Shown: positions 24,735 through 38,524, numbered from the stretch's first letter. The stretch: DNA of 64,000 nt from Klebsormidium nitens (GCA_000708835.1 DF236995.1:218551-282550); one strand, 5' to 3'. The notes: a model not told the origin generated them from the letters alone. Translations and numbers: made by a program.

Positions 24735-26972
24735 ATGGCGCACCATTCCCCGGTTGACCAGTATAACTACGCTCCTCCTAACCAACCGTACTTAGGCACT
24801 CCCCCACATGGCATACCGCAAGCTCAGCCAGTTTATGTTCCTCCAGGAGAACAGGGGAACTCCGGCAGGTGGGCTGCAGGGTTGCTGGGTTGCTTTGGAG
24901 ATTGCGGCATATGTGAGTTATTGGGATTGTAGCTTTGCCGTTATGCAGATGATACACCGGTAGATTGCCTCAATCGTTCCATTGTGTCTCTTCATGTGCC
25001 GGCATTGGGGTTTGAATTTGAAAGTTCCTTGTTGCGTGCGTGGATCTTAGTGTGAGAAACTAGACACGAAGAGGTATGTTGCAAACTTGTTTAACATCAG
25101 TCTTCTTACCCTGCTTTGCGTCCAGCTTGTCGGAAACTATTAGCGGGAGTCACTGAGGGAGTTCTTAAGAGGATTGATCTAAACAGAGTTTAAAGAACGT
25201 TCCTCATAATGTGACTGACTGTCGATGCCAAGCTTACTTGGAATCTGATGATAGTCCTTTCGTTCTCAAATCACTTCGATTGTCTCAATGTTGTCTGGTT
25301 AAAATAGCAGGATTCTTTTGAGTGGACGCCAAGGTTGCTCAGGCTTCTATTTTCGATTTTCAAAAGTCGGTGGTGCAGACCAACGCTTTGGTTCTGAGAT
25401 TCGACCCTACCACACTTCACCAGCCTGAGTCGAAAACAGGACTTGAGGCCAATCTCTTTCCTGGTCAATATCTTCTATCCCCATCGGTGCCTTCTTGTGC
25501 CCCTCACTCACAACATTCTGCGGGACCTGGCAGCCAATGTTTCACGTGTATCAGAAGTCTCAGAAATAGAGAGTTTCATAGACTGACCTTCGCTCCATTC
25601 TGGCGTCCAGGTTGCTTGGGTTACCTTCTTCCCTGCGTCCTTTATGGACAGGTAAGGCAGCATGATCCTGGACCCACTTTTTTTAGGACTTCCGTGTACT
25701 TGCAATCATTCAGGACCCCACTAGATGATTGTGAAATATGCTTTGAAGTGCTTCCTCTTCAGGCCTCTCAGTCTCCTTAGAATTTATGGGCGTCCCGTCT
25801 GCTTGTCACACAAAAGTTGCAGTCACAAAACCCTGCTTGAAGGTCTTGAAACTCAAAGCTCAGCATTCCCGTCCAGCCCCTTCACCTTTTCTTAGTTGTG
25901 TAATATGACTAGCAAGTAGCTTCAGTACATTACCTCACTTCTGGGTCTTTCAGACACCGATTTCAAGCGCTGAGCGCAACCTGGACTTACAACAAGCACA
26001 TGTTCAGTGCATCTGTTCTTGTCTGACTTTCCTTCTCTGCTGATCACCTCGCAGAACGTTGAGATGCTGACGGGCGAGAGCTGCTGCACCCCTTGCTGCC
26101 TCTACTTCCTGCTCTCCGCTGTGGGTTGCTGCGCCTGCTATGCGTGCGGTGAGGCGTCAAAAGTGGACAAGAACTTGCAGAAGCTGCGGTTATCCGTAAA
26201 GAGCGAATTGATTGTCAATTCACAGGTTAGAAAGTCCAGAGGTTCCAACGCTGACCTGTCCATGAAAACCTGGGCAAGGAAAGCTGTTGTTGCGAGCGCC
26301 GGTGTTTGTGTGCAAGCGGATGCTGTTAGACCCTCGCCAAGGTAGACTTCATGTGACTTCATGTGCTGCACTTGAAACCTCAAGGCGATCTTTCTGCTCT
26401 CTGCATAATTCCATGATTGGGATAATTGAAATGGAAGCCTGCTTAAAACACCAGTCGAAGAGGTCGAGGAACTCTTTATGCCAGACAGCTTTCCATTTCA
26501 ATCTTTGTGAACTGATAAGAATTCGTACACACTGTCTCTTACGCCGTTTCAACAACATGGTGTACGAGAAGTCAACGCCTCTGAGTTGAGCAAGAAGAGA
26601 ACGAGATGCTCAGGTGCAGGAAGACAAGATGACTTTGCCAAGAGGAAGTTCAAGATGATCCATGTTTTTTTCGTGCTTGCCAGGACAAGAGAGCGGTTGC
26701 GGAAGAAATACGGCCTGCCAGCGCTTCCCTGCAATGATTGCTGCATCCACTGCTTCTGCTGCGTGTGGTGAGTTGTCCTCCTGCTTGCTTATGAAACGGA
26801 GTCCCGCAATTCTTTCAGACTCGGCCGTTTGCTTTGCAATCAGCTCGAACTCACTGCATTCGAGTTGTTGCAGATGGGTTCGATTTCTTCTCTGTGCAAA
26901 TCCGTTCCACTAAAGTGTCGATGTGACCGCAGTATTCAGGAGATCGTCCAAACAAAGAGTCTGAGATGCTGA
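24735..26972 (+). CDS. PLAC8 / plant cadmium resistance-like cysteine-rich protein, ~5 exons
   Basis: Exons give MAHHSP...WAAGLLGCFGDCGIC / CLGYLLPCVLYGQ / NVEMLTGESCCTPCCLYFLL..CCACYAC / TRERLRKKYGLPALPCNDCCIHCFCCV / CIQEIVQTK, which is the PLAC8 pattern. Confidence 0.88.
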
Positions 26973-28208
26973 AATCAGATCCATGCACCGGTTGGTTCAT
27001 TTGCAGCGCTTTATGCCAAGAGGCACGGGAGATGAGGATTCAAGCGGACAGGCAGAAGCACATAAAAGCATACATCACACCCCATATGCCTCCGCCCCAG
27101 CAGGCAATGCATCACTGAAGGCGCTAGTAAATGCTCTCTTTCAGAATCATGAATTGGAAAGCGACGTATAAGTAGTCCTCCTCTCCATGAGAATATGCAA
27201 GCGCAGCATCAACCGGTACAAAGAAGTTGCCTGCTACACATGGTTTCCAGCTCAGTATTGACTGGCCGGATGTGGAAAAGTTGGCACCAATCTAAGTAAC
27301 TTAAGCGGAAGCTCATGCACCAAGACGAAGCTGCTTAAAATTTTACTGCAGATTCTCCTTAGGTACAGGGCCATTTTCAGGTAAGCTCTTTAGTATCAAC
27401 AAAGAATATGAAAATGGTAGCAGCCTGTTGATGACTTGCGTTCTAAATTGGATCTTGAAGGTGCTGAACTATAGACCATCGAGGACAATTGTCAACGGTT
27501 TCAATGACGGATGAAATAGATTGTAATTTGAATTCAGAGTTATATTGCTATATAGGCGGCCAGCTTATAGTCCAGCTTGACAGCTATACCTTAAATTACC
27601 CATTTTGGCAACGTGTTATATAATGAGTCCAGTACGCGACCATACAGAGCATACTTGATCTGAGTCGTCGACCGGATTGCGGCCGACTGACGGCAAGGAC
27701 CTAGGATCGAGCTAGCAAGAGCAACATGGTTCCTCGTGGAAATATATGGCTGTACGTTTATCACATGTACATGCATCAGATGCAATGCATGACTCATCAG
27801 ATCATGAGCCGTGATCATATCCACGTTGATGAGTCGCATATTGATAGGATTTCAATTCAGTACTGTTGATTACATAGCTCGAACACATGATCATACCTGA
27901 CACTGATGTCAAAGAAAACACAGCCCAAGATATTCAAAAAGCGCCCGTGTGCCACACGTACGAGCAACGTAGGCTTGCTATGCCTGCTTGCCAATGGAAG
28001 TTAGCAAAGGGCAATCAGAAACACTACAGCAGGTCTGCTTTTACTACAAATGTGCAGTGGCCTTTCCTCCAAGCAACTTGCAAGAGTGAACTTTTGTGGA
28101 GCCCGCTTCTACCATTTATACTCTCTGGCTCTCCATCAACCCTCCAATGTCTCCCTATGTTACATTCTGTAATAGCAAAGTGCTTGCTCTCTAAAGAAAG
28201 TGGTGATC

Positions 28209-29208
28209 CTAGTACTGCGCTATGCTCTGTTGAACTGGGGGCTCTAACGGAGTCCCAGAGTAAGGGCCTGCTCCAGCCCCAGCTTCCCTTAGCTCCCGAA
28301 ACTCCTGGCAGAGCGCACAGAAATGACAGCAGTAGTGCAGCATAACATCATTGCATGGCGCCTCCTCTAGGCCATACTTTCCACGAATCTGCTTTCTGTA
28401 CATTGACGCGTAACACGACGCGCAACTACAGAGAAGGCCAAAGGGCCCAAAGAAGAAGATCATGACGGAGGCCACTGCAGCCCCCACCCCAGAGTGCAGT
28501 ATGCAGGGTCCAATGCTTGGGTTCCCAGTCAGCATCTCCACGTTCTTGGCAAAGAGAAGGCACGGGCACCACAGTCCAAGACAACCTGCAGCAGCAGAGG
28601 GTATTCTGCTGAAGCTGTGCATACACCAGGGCTCGCAGAGTCAAACGTTGTTTGGAATGGGGGGGGTTTCAAGGAGGACCGTGATGCTTCGAACTTCTGG
28701 GCTTCAACTAAGGGCGTGAAGTCCTTGCGATGAAGGTGATTGTGCTGACATAGCCAGGGTGATTCCAACATCTGAGCAACAGCAACACGACACTTGAAAC
28801 ATCAACAACAGGTTTTTCTCCGTCACACTACCAGCATCGTTTGACAAGTTTTGAACAACGGACTGTCTGGGGCGCAGCGTGAAGCCCCTACTGTACCTTA
28901 TTGCCCTTGGCTGCCTGAGTCATTAAAGTGCTTTGATTCAAATTCTTCAATCATGTGACTCATTGTGAGAAGTGAACAATCCTAACTCTCTCATCATTTG
29001 CCTACACAACCTTATACTCACAGGTTTGAAGGTCGCTGAAGCAGCCGCAAATGCCCGTAGTCCATTGCTTAGGCCTCTCTGCTGACCTCCTAGGCTGCAA
29101 GCTCTCCTCACCAGCTTCAGCCAAGTCTCGAAGGGGCTCATAATCTGGACCCGCTACATCATCATACTTTGGCGGTTGATATCCTCCACCATCCTGACGC
29201 GAAGCCAT
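28209..29208 (-). CDS. PLAC8 / CNR-PCR-like cysteine-rich protein, 2 exons
   Basis: Exon 29208-29022 (..WTTGICGCFSDLQT) plus exon 28585-28209 (CCLGLWCPCLLFAKNVEMLTG..YRKQIRGKYGLEEAPCNDVMLHYCCHFCALCQEFREL..). Confidence 0.92.
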
Positions 29209-29937
29209 TGCAAAATTACCGCATGCACACTAGGTTTCGTAATGCTAATACGGGCTTGTCATAGAAAAACAGAGTTATCTGGTCAAAGAAGAGCTTTCTG
29301 TCAAGGTTGCTTTTGGAATTGTGCTCGAGCCAGGAGACACCAGAACATTGAAGTACGAAATAGGAACTTCCCAGGCACGTGCCTTGCAAAACCTTCAAAA
29401 GTAAAGCTCTTGCAGCTTTGCTTCAGGCCAAAACCCCCTGCAAGCGTTCGGGCTTTTGTAACATCCCTGACGAGTCCTCCTCGCGGGCGTCTGAAACTGA
29501 AGACCGACAGTGAAGTGGTCTGTGATTCTGAAGACTGAATTGTGGAACAATGAACATGACTCCGAGTCTGACGAGTCTGAGCAGCTCAAGTGACGAGACC
29601 CATTGCACAATTGGGGTTTGCTAATCTCGGTCATGCACACGCTATGATTGGATGTCGTACTCCCATCCCTGAACTGACCTGGGAGTGTCAAGTTGATACT
29701 GTGTCAAGAATCAGGATGGGTTTATGGGTGGTTATGCAGCGGGGTTACAAGCATCAAGCTCGGATTGAAGTGGGCGCAGAAATCAGTTTGCAGCCTGCAG
29801 GGCCTAGCAGCATCATGGCGCTGAAGGCAGCTTCCTCAATAGTTGAGCATCATGGCTTCTTTCCCGTCCCAGCTGCCAAGCTCGGGACAGATACACGGCA
29901 CAACTCATCTGGAGCACGTTTAGGCTGCAGCCACAAA

Positions 29938-32900
29938 ATGGCTTCTGCACTTCCATTGCGGCATTGCAAGTTCTTCGGAGTCGACAGTGGGGGTGTATGT
30001 CATTGGCACAGACGGTGCAAAAAGAGGCAGGGTTTGGCAGTCAGGAACGAGGTTGCTCGCGTTGATAAGAAGCCTGTACCACCAACAGCTCCACCAGTAA
30101 ATGAGCCCCTGCATGCAAAGGAGAAGCAGCTGGTCCTAGACGAGAGACTACTGGACGGGCAGATACGAAGGTATGGGTTGTAAGAAGGTGGTCTTGTGTG
30201 AGTTGGCAGTCGCATAAGGATGCATCATTCGATGTACCACTCCCAAATTTTGGGGTGTGTCATCAAGTAGTGTTTTCCTGAAAAGGTGGCGTTGTTGAAT
30301 TGGAAGGTGTGAAGAGTTTGCAGAAGTACGGTGTAAGGCACGCTTTTGCAAGGCAGCTTGACCCATTCGCGCTGCTAGCTTGTGCTCCATATACTAGCTC
30401 TTAGGCTATCAAAGCTGGTCGTCTTTCGTCATCTTTTCTTTCACGTCTGGGGGATTGGAGGTGAAAGTTGCCGGTGAATGCTGGAGAAAGATGGTTGAAG
30501 TATGACTTTGAAGACTCCCCACTGCAAGTTTTCAGGATGTCACAGTCTGCCTACTCCATATGCAAAAGTGGATTGCCAGACTTGGTCCAGAAGTTTTTGG
30601 CCAGGAGTAGTGGGTATCAGAATTGCTCTCTACAGATTACGTCTCCTGCGTCGTCAAATATCCTCAGTGCCCTTGCCAAATCAAGCCCTGGCCATGTTTT
30701 ATGATGACCGTAAGTCAGTATAGTCAACAGGAGCTACAAGAAGGTCTACACACGCAGAATCTGCCTTCAAACCGAGCTTGGGATATAGTCTTGGGGGAAA
30801 AATGCTCAGGTTTATGCAGGTACACTTTACGAGGATCGCAATCTTCAGTGGACATTCTGAAAGGGCGCACCCAGTCTGACAGTGGCGAGAATGGAGCATC
30901 CGCTTCTTCCTCCACAGCTAGCAGTGGCAGTTCCTCGCTACCAAGGGCGCTGAGAGATACGTTCCTTCCAGCAGGCTACCCAGGTTGGTCCCAAACTCCG
31001 TTTTTGACTACTTTCGACTCCAGGCAGGTCGACCTGCAGTTGACTGGTGGCTTTCTTCCCAATCTGCCTGCTTTGGGCTCTGCAAATGACGTTTGCTCGT
31101 TCAGCGTGCTCTGCTGGCTTTGAAACCCAAAAGTTTGAATTGATGCGGCCAAGACAAGGTCACCAATGTGATTCCTTCATATGCAGACAGTGTGACCGAG
31201 GATTATCTGCCGTACATGCTGTGGAGCATTCCAGTGCACATAACCGGCCACGCTTGCAACACCCTTGTAACGAGCTCACTCCTCAAGGTGAGATCAGGTC
31301 CAAGATTTTTCAGTTCGTAACGGTCTCAAAGTCTTGCGTAAGACGACCGTCGTGGTGAGGTGTCTATCTACGACAGGACAAAACGTGGACAAAGGGGTAC
31401 GTACGGGCATGGATCCGCCAAGCAGGGCAGATCGTTGCGCCTCCAAACGTCGCTTCTTACTGGCTCTGCTTCTTGTGTAGACAGAGCTGCCTTTCGCTAA
31501 GTATTCATTTGCCTGCTGGCCTGCCAGTTCACAAATCTAGTGCTTTTTGCTGACTGAGGAACGGCTTTTCCATTAGAAAGGTGGGGATCCTAAAAGTTGC
31601 ACAAAAGAGGTTCAAAAACTCGTTTTATACAGGCGGTTGGAATTGGCGCCAACGGGCTAAGCGTCGGAGCTGCCACCGCTGCCATAAGGTGACGCTCTGG
31701 CTTCGCTTTTGTATCGCTTGTACCAATTTGCTAGGGCTCATGTAATCCGTTCGAGCCGGCTTGACAACTAGGCTGAGTAAGGTTTGGCATTCTAGGAGAA
31801 AGATGACTTGGGGCCGATGTCAAAATGACTAGACCCAGTGTCTTTCTGCGAGACACCGCTTTTCTCTGCGACTGGTTGGGAACGGTTTTCTCAATCTCGG
31901 CAGCTGTCAACTTACTGCACGTGCTCAACTCGGGACGAAGATTTTAATCCTTGCAAAGTTTCAATGCCCGGCTTTCTTTGGGCGCTCCCTACTCATTTCC
32001 GAAGAGGTCGAAGGTGTGGATCTCCTACAGTTGGCAATAATATCGGAGTATTCAGTCCCTGGCATCTGGGAGTTCAGGAATCTTTCGCCCGTCCACTCTA
32101 CGGTTTTGTGCGCTCCCTTGCAGATGGGTAACGAAAGACGGGGTAGGCGCTCTCGGTCGAGCTGCCGTGGGTGAGTAGGTCAGCACTCCTGACGCTGACG
32201 ACGTCTTTTGTGTTCCTTCCTTCGCAAAGGCTCGACTTCATCGATGAGCCGAAGAGTGTGAATAAATGCAGTTCAGCCCGCTGAGAGTCAAGCAACGACG
32301 CCGGTTGTCAGCTGGATTCAGGGTTGTCGGAGATTGCAAGAAACGAACGTCGTTCTACAGTAAGGTGCACTTAACCGAGGTTTTAAGTAGCGTTCGAACG
32401 TTACTTGGCCCGTCTATTGGATGCGATGGTGGGCTGAAGATGGGGTGCCGTGTTCGAGGCAAGGTCGTGCACCGGAGATATCCGACGGCTCATATTTAAG
32501 CCGTCAGGGCTGCTTCGAGCGGCAGGTCAGCCCTTTCGGCACTGATTCCGTCGGCGGAGGGATTCAGCCCAGACACCCTCTCTGATCGAGGGCGCAACAG
32601 CACTTTTGCCGGCGATCTCTCTGCAGGGGTCCCAGTCAAAAGGAAAAATGATGTTAAGCTCAAGAAACCTCACAATTACCGCACTGGGATGGGTAAGGTG
32701 AGAGGGAGTCTTTATAATGGTGCAAAAACATTCCTCCGTTGAGGTTGTCCGTGATAACTGAGGTTTTCGATTTAGCTTATTTCGAACTTCATGAGACGAA
32801 TTTTGCAGGCGGGCGGTTTGGAAACCTGCCGGACGAGGACCCTCGCCAATGGCGCATGTATGCAGACTTCATCACGACCTTCGGCGGGTGAGCCTCGTCG

Positions 32901-35900
32901 TGCGAACCAACCAGATCTGTCGTCAGCATTCGAAGGAATCTGGTGAAAGTTCCGATCAACCCAAAGGTCCATGCGACACTCGATGTTCTTTTCATTGAGC
33001 GCCGTCATCTCCTTCTTTTCATCTGGGCTTTCCGCCTACGAGATACTGCCGATAGTGCAGTCTGAATTCTAATCCGGGTTTCCGCACTTTGGATTTTTTC
33101 CCTCTCCTCCAGGCGCAGCGGTCCAAGAAAACTATCCTCGGCCTTTGTCGCTTTTCCGTCTCTCTGACGGTTTGAATTCGTCCTGCGTTCCATTACGTTT
33201 TTCGTCAAGCTGTCCCTTTGCGCACCAATTAGTCTTGCATCCTCCTAAGCTTTTGTCAACGTACACTGGTGAATTTGCCGATACAGCAGAAACTCTCTCA
33301 TATCTGTACCTTCTTGTTTTGACCAGAGTCCCAGATTCAGCCTGCTGCTCGTAGAAGGCCAGATTGTTTACCCTTTGACAAAAGGTGTAACACTAAGTGG
33401 AAGATCCTCGACCCCCCTTTCAGGTGCCTCAAGGGGTTGGAACCTCTGATAAAATCTTGGATCCTCAACCTCCCTTTCAGGTGCCTCAAGGGGTTGGAAC
33501 CTCTGAAAAGAACTTGGATCCTCAACCCCACTTTCAGGTGCCTCGAGAAATTGTAACCTCTGAACAAAAAGCTTATTGCTAACCGCAACATCCTAACCCC
33601 CATTTTTCAGGTGCCTCGAGTTGCTGACCCCCCTCGCCCCGGGCAACTTCCTCCTCCTCGCGTCGGTCGGTCACTTGTGCCGGGCCGTGGGGCGGGGCAT
33701 GAAAAACCCGTGCTTCCGGGTTATCCAGAACCACTTCGCGGTTAGCAGTAACTTGGGCAACATCGCAGCGAAAGAGGACGTCTGGGAAGTGCCCGCCGAA
33801 CTTCTGGGGCTGGCCACAGGGGTCGCACTCCTGGTGAGTCATGGTCAGCCGATTTGTTAACCCGCTAATTACCGTCAGGAGAAGAATTCGAAATTCAGTG
33901 GTGAAGATGGCAATTGGAATGTCGTATTGGACTGCGGACTTTGAAATCCATTTCCGGACACTGTCTACCATCTATGGAACGATTGTCGGGTGCGGCCCGA
34001 TACGACTTACACGCTATTGGTGACTTGGAGTATGGTCCTGTCAAGCTCCGGTCTGATTGAGGGAGGCGCAATGGTGACTCTTATGTTCGCCGCTAGCCTG
34101 CTTCCTTCTAAATCTTGTTGATTATAGACCTTGGTTCGGCCAGTCCAAGGTGGCACTAACACTGTAGGTAATAGTGTGGCATTCAGCGCTTTGTCGGTAA
34201 AGCTCTGTTAACTTGCCGCTCGTTCTGCTCCTTCGCAGAACTATTTTGCGAAGGACTATTGGAGCATCGTGGGCTGCTGGGGCGTGTGCATGGTGGCGCA
34301 CCTTGCGCTGCGGTACAAATCGATGCAAGTGCTGCAATTTAACCAGGTGAGAGCGCTTTGGGTTTTCCCTTAAGGTATCGATAATCAATTGAGTGGCTGA
34401 AGAGGGTTGAGCAGTAACTAAAGTTGAGCGCTGTGGTTACGCCAGGTGAATCTTCTCCGGAGTGTTTTCCGCGGGACGTATCTGAAGCCTTCTTGCATAT
34501 GTTCAGGGTCGCACGACCGCCCACTCTCGAGAGTCTAGTATTGAAACTGAGGATTTTTTACTGTGTCGAATGGAGTTCAAAACGGCGGCATACGTTGCAG
34601 TGCAAGCACTGAACGTCGATGCAAAGGAACCATCAGTTTATCTCCCTCACGGTATCGCCTGTGCTAGATCCTGTCCGTCTCGCAAATAGTCTGCTTCACA
34701 GCTCTCATGTCCCCATCTGGATCGTTCTGAACCTTGTTACATCCTGGCCCTTGTGAGCGAGACCTTGACTGAGAAGGCTTACACATTTTAGCACACTGAA
34801 TGGTTTCTAAACTACTACCTTACCTCTATTTGATCTCGGCGAAAATAAAATAATTACACGCCCTGCCGAAATTCGCTGGAAAATGGTTTGAAGCGATAAT
34901 GGTCGATGACGGTGTTTTTGAGCAGGTAATGCTAGGTCTGCCGAAAGGATTGAAAATTTCATAATCAGCTCATCGGCGTCGAACCTGCCGAATTCAAATC
35001 TAGGTACGGTAATTGATTTCTTAAATGAGAGGAACTGGTAGCGGTCACCGAACACATGACCCTACCCATCTTTGCCAATCATAAGCAGAACGCAGCGATT
35101 TTTATTTTGAGCACACCCGTATCGTCTTCAAATCTAAATTCCTCCTGACGTTCGCATATCCTGACGCTCGCAGTTGAATTACAAGCGTGCCGCAGCGCTG
35201 GTGAGAGCACACGTGGCCGGCGAGCAACTTCCAGGTACGTCACTCCGCTTTCGCAGGGGGGGAATAGCTTCAGCTACTGGTCGTGATCGCACGTCTCAAA
35301 TCAAGTCGACTGGACAGTGGAAGCCGAGTGTGTCGATAGTGAAATCCTACAACGTCCTAGGTCTGCAGTTTCCCAGAGGGTTTTCATTGTAGAATCTTGA
35401 GGAACTTGGCGAGTTATATGTGGAAGGAGCGGAAGGTTTCGACTGCAAAAGAGCGCTTTCAGCAAAAGTGCCCATTCGGGGTTTGTTCTCGTGCGCTTCA
35501 GCCCGCGTCAGCGTTGCGGAGTTTCTACCTGCGCTTTGTTACCCCTCATCACCTATCTCTGTGGGTGTCTCATACCTGAGCCGTTGCCTCCTACCAGAAA
35601 GGGAGCGAACAGAAGTGAGTACGCTTGGGAAAGCGTGCATCTAGGAAACACCCGGAGAAAAGAAGCAGAGAAAAAGCAGAGAAACGATCCTACAAGACGA
35701 GAGACGGAGTTTCGTTCTTGGCCTCTGCAGATGTGCCCTCGCTCAGTTCCTCCGAGAACCTGCTCTTGCCCCGGTCGCTCTGTCAGCCGCAGCTGCAATA
35801 CGGGGCCACTGTCGGAGACCTCATCCAGTCTCTCGGGGGACCGGAGCAGGTAAACCTACGTCGTTTGCGCGCTTTTACGTTGCTGAGACGAGCTAAAGCA

Positions 35901-37191
35901 TTTACAATGTTCATACATCAGATTGGTGGTTTGCGTTCATAACGTTGCCAAATTTGTGGCGGCCCGAGAGATTAAACAGACATCCGCTTCTATAATGGTG
36001 CGCTGTCTGGAGGCCTTCCTTCTGGCGGCTCTTCACTATTATGAGAGCGAGAAGGGCACCTTGAAATACTGCCCAAGCTTTCTTCTGGGTAGCTTTCCCT
36101 CTCTGACGCCGCACCCATTGGAGAAAGCGTTACCGCGGAGCCGTTTCTGCTTCTCGGAAACAAGTGATGAGTGTATTGTCCCCGCACACCTGTCACGAGA
36201 CATTTTTACAAGTATAGGTTTCCTTTTTCAGGTGGGCGAGCTTTTGGAGGCGTATGGGGAGGAGGACTACGTGCTGCTCTGCTCAGACGCGGCTTTGCCG
36301 GCGCCCAACCTGATGCAATTCCAGGTTGTGTTGAAGGTCCGTTCCGCCCTCGTTCCGTTACGCTTCCGCTTCCGTCCAATCTGCTTTCATCATCGTCCAT
36401 TTTGGTCCCTGTGGTGATCAAATTTCAGTTCCGTTCCGCTCTCTCCGTCTGGTTCCATTCGTGTCCGTTCTTGTTCCGCTGTCCTCGGCTCTGAACCACT
36501 TACGTCCGGTCGTGTTCGCTCTTGTCCTTCTCTTGTCCATCCTTACTTTTTGTGCTATTTCTATCGTTGTCCTGATTTTGACAATCTGATTGAGAGCCTG
36601 CTCGTGTAAGCGCTTCGATTTCGCTCCAGGGATGTCATGCGGTAGTTGATTTGTGATCAAGGGGACGGCCACTCAGGCGGCGCTTTTCTCGCCGCCTCGT
36701 AGCAGGGCATGGTTGAAACGCTGAGAACGCGCTGCACTTCCCGTAAGCTGGAAGCAATCCAGCCCCTGGATTGTGCTGCTTGGAAGCTGCGAAGCTGCGT
36801 ACTCAGTCGCAAAGATTGCTCAATTGCACTAGTCTTTTGCTGGGCTCGTCTATGTCGGATAAGTCTGCACCATTGGATTTGAGAGAACGCTCCAAACGCG
36901 GCGCTTACGAGAGCTTACCGGGTTTCGTTAATTCTGTGACAGGAGGGAGCCGGGAGCCAGGCGTTCTTGCGCAGTCTGTACCAGGCTGCATGGTTGCAGA
37001 GAACAGACGCGTCGGATGGGCTCCCGCGTCATAGAAGTGACGAGAAGCTCCAGTCGTCCATCCAGTCGCTGCAAGCCATGCAAGCGGGGTTCGTTTCTTT
37101 TAGAGAGGAAGCACAAGGAAAGGGATGGGATGTAGATAAGGTGTTGTACCAGCTTCCGCCTAGCAGCGCGCTGGTAGGTAGTGCGAACTAG
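29938..37191 (+). CDS. RUS5: ROOT UVB SENSITIVE / DUF647 protein, RUS5-like
   Basis: Exon peptides LRDTFLPAGYP, SVTEDYLPYMLW..LVTSSLLK, AVGIG..AATAAI, WVTKDGVGALGR, GGRFGNLPDEDPRQWRMYADFI, FRVIQNHFAVSSNLGNIAAKEDVWEV, LRYKSMQVLQFNQ, LNYKRA and FLRSLYQAAWL match Arabidopsis RUS5 as recalled. The exon structure near the 5' end is approximate. Confidence 0.9.
33403..33620 (+). repeat. 57-bp tandem repeat containing copies of the RUS5 acceptor TTTCAG|GTGCCTC
   Basis: AG ends at 33423, 33480, 33537 and (real) 33610; units read GATCCTC(G/A)ACC..CTTTCAGGTGCCTC(A/G)AG..AACCTCTGA. Confidence 0.95.
36338..36500 (+). repeat. Degenerate (TTCCG)-rich low-complexity tract at the 5' end of the last RUS5 intron
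   Basis: GTCCGTTCCGCCCTCGTTCCGTTACGCTTCCGCTTCCGTCC...GTTCCGTTCCGCTCTCTCCGTC. Confidence 0.6.
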
Positions 37192-38524
37192 TGCGACTTG
37201 CATTCGTGTTGTGCTCGCGGATTTAGTTGGACGCTGTAGTTCAGCAAGTCAATTCAACCGAAGTCTTCTGTATAAGTCTGGAACAACATTCTCGAGTGAA
37301 ACTGATTTAGGTGCCCATTGTTGGCTGGGAGCGGCGAAAAAGCTTGAGTTTATAGGTGAGCGTAGATCTCGATTGCGGACAGTTGTTGGTACTTGAACGA
37401 TTATTTTAATGTATATGACCATGTACATAACGACTCGGTGCAGCTAAGCTTCTGACGAAGCGTTGATTTGACGTAATCATGCATCGAGGTATCAATAGAA
37501 TTGAATCCTAGTGATACCTCGACGTGTGCTCCTGCGGCGGAAAGGTGATAATGGGGCACTAGCTATTTGCTGCTTGTATGGTGCTACTTTGATGCCTGAC
37601 AAATTCGGAATTGATCGGGCGGAGCTGGGCCGCCCGCGTGATTGCGGCAGTTTACTGCCAATCGGCGTACGCAACGTACGTATACCGTCCGGCATGACAG
37701 TTTGCACCGGGGGGCGGCCCCGCGGATCTAAAGGCCAATGATTGCATGCGCCGCGCGTCTGCAAGCGGCAATTCGAACGCGAGCGCACTCATGCATTGCA
37801 ACTGGCATATATGTATGATACACGGCAACTTACTTACGGACCGTACTCAGACTCAGCTTAAGTGAGTCCGACATGGGATCGCGCCGCGGGACTCACGAAT
37901 ATTTGGTAGAACGCATAGGCCTACTAAGCCTGCAAGGCGCATTCCCAGGCTAACCGTCGTCAATGACAGTGCATATATGGCTAGCACCAAGTGACCATGA
38001 GACGGTTGCGGGCTCGATAGCTGGCCAGTGGCTGCATGGCTAACGTTGATTCAGAAAATTCAAATTAATTATGCCATGTACGTGCACACCTTGGGCTGAT
38101 CATTCAGTGCAATGGCCGCCAGCATGACCGCTTAACGGTCGTCGCAAGATCGGATGCCAGTCCGCCGATGGCACATGGTCCGGTCGATCAGGCTGCAGTG
38201 ACTGTGGTCGAACACTGCATAGTGACCCAGCGCCAAAAAGATATGTATAGCTTGTGCACTGAATGCACCATATAAGACAACTTGCCTGGTTTGCGCGCGA
38301 CGATCACGTCACTCTAGCTTAGCCATCTTGGATGCATCGCTGACTCAATTTACAAGAATCGCTTTGTCGACCAAGTGTGTGATGGTGCACAATCAACTTT
38401 GGACTCACTAACTGTAGTACTCGATTGTGTTGGCTAGCCCCTTGACAACGGCATTTGCAAGGCCAGCTAGCAGGTCACACGAGCCGATTGAAGAAGACAG
38501 GTTTCAAAAGATGCGGGTCGGTGT

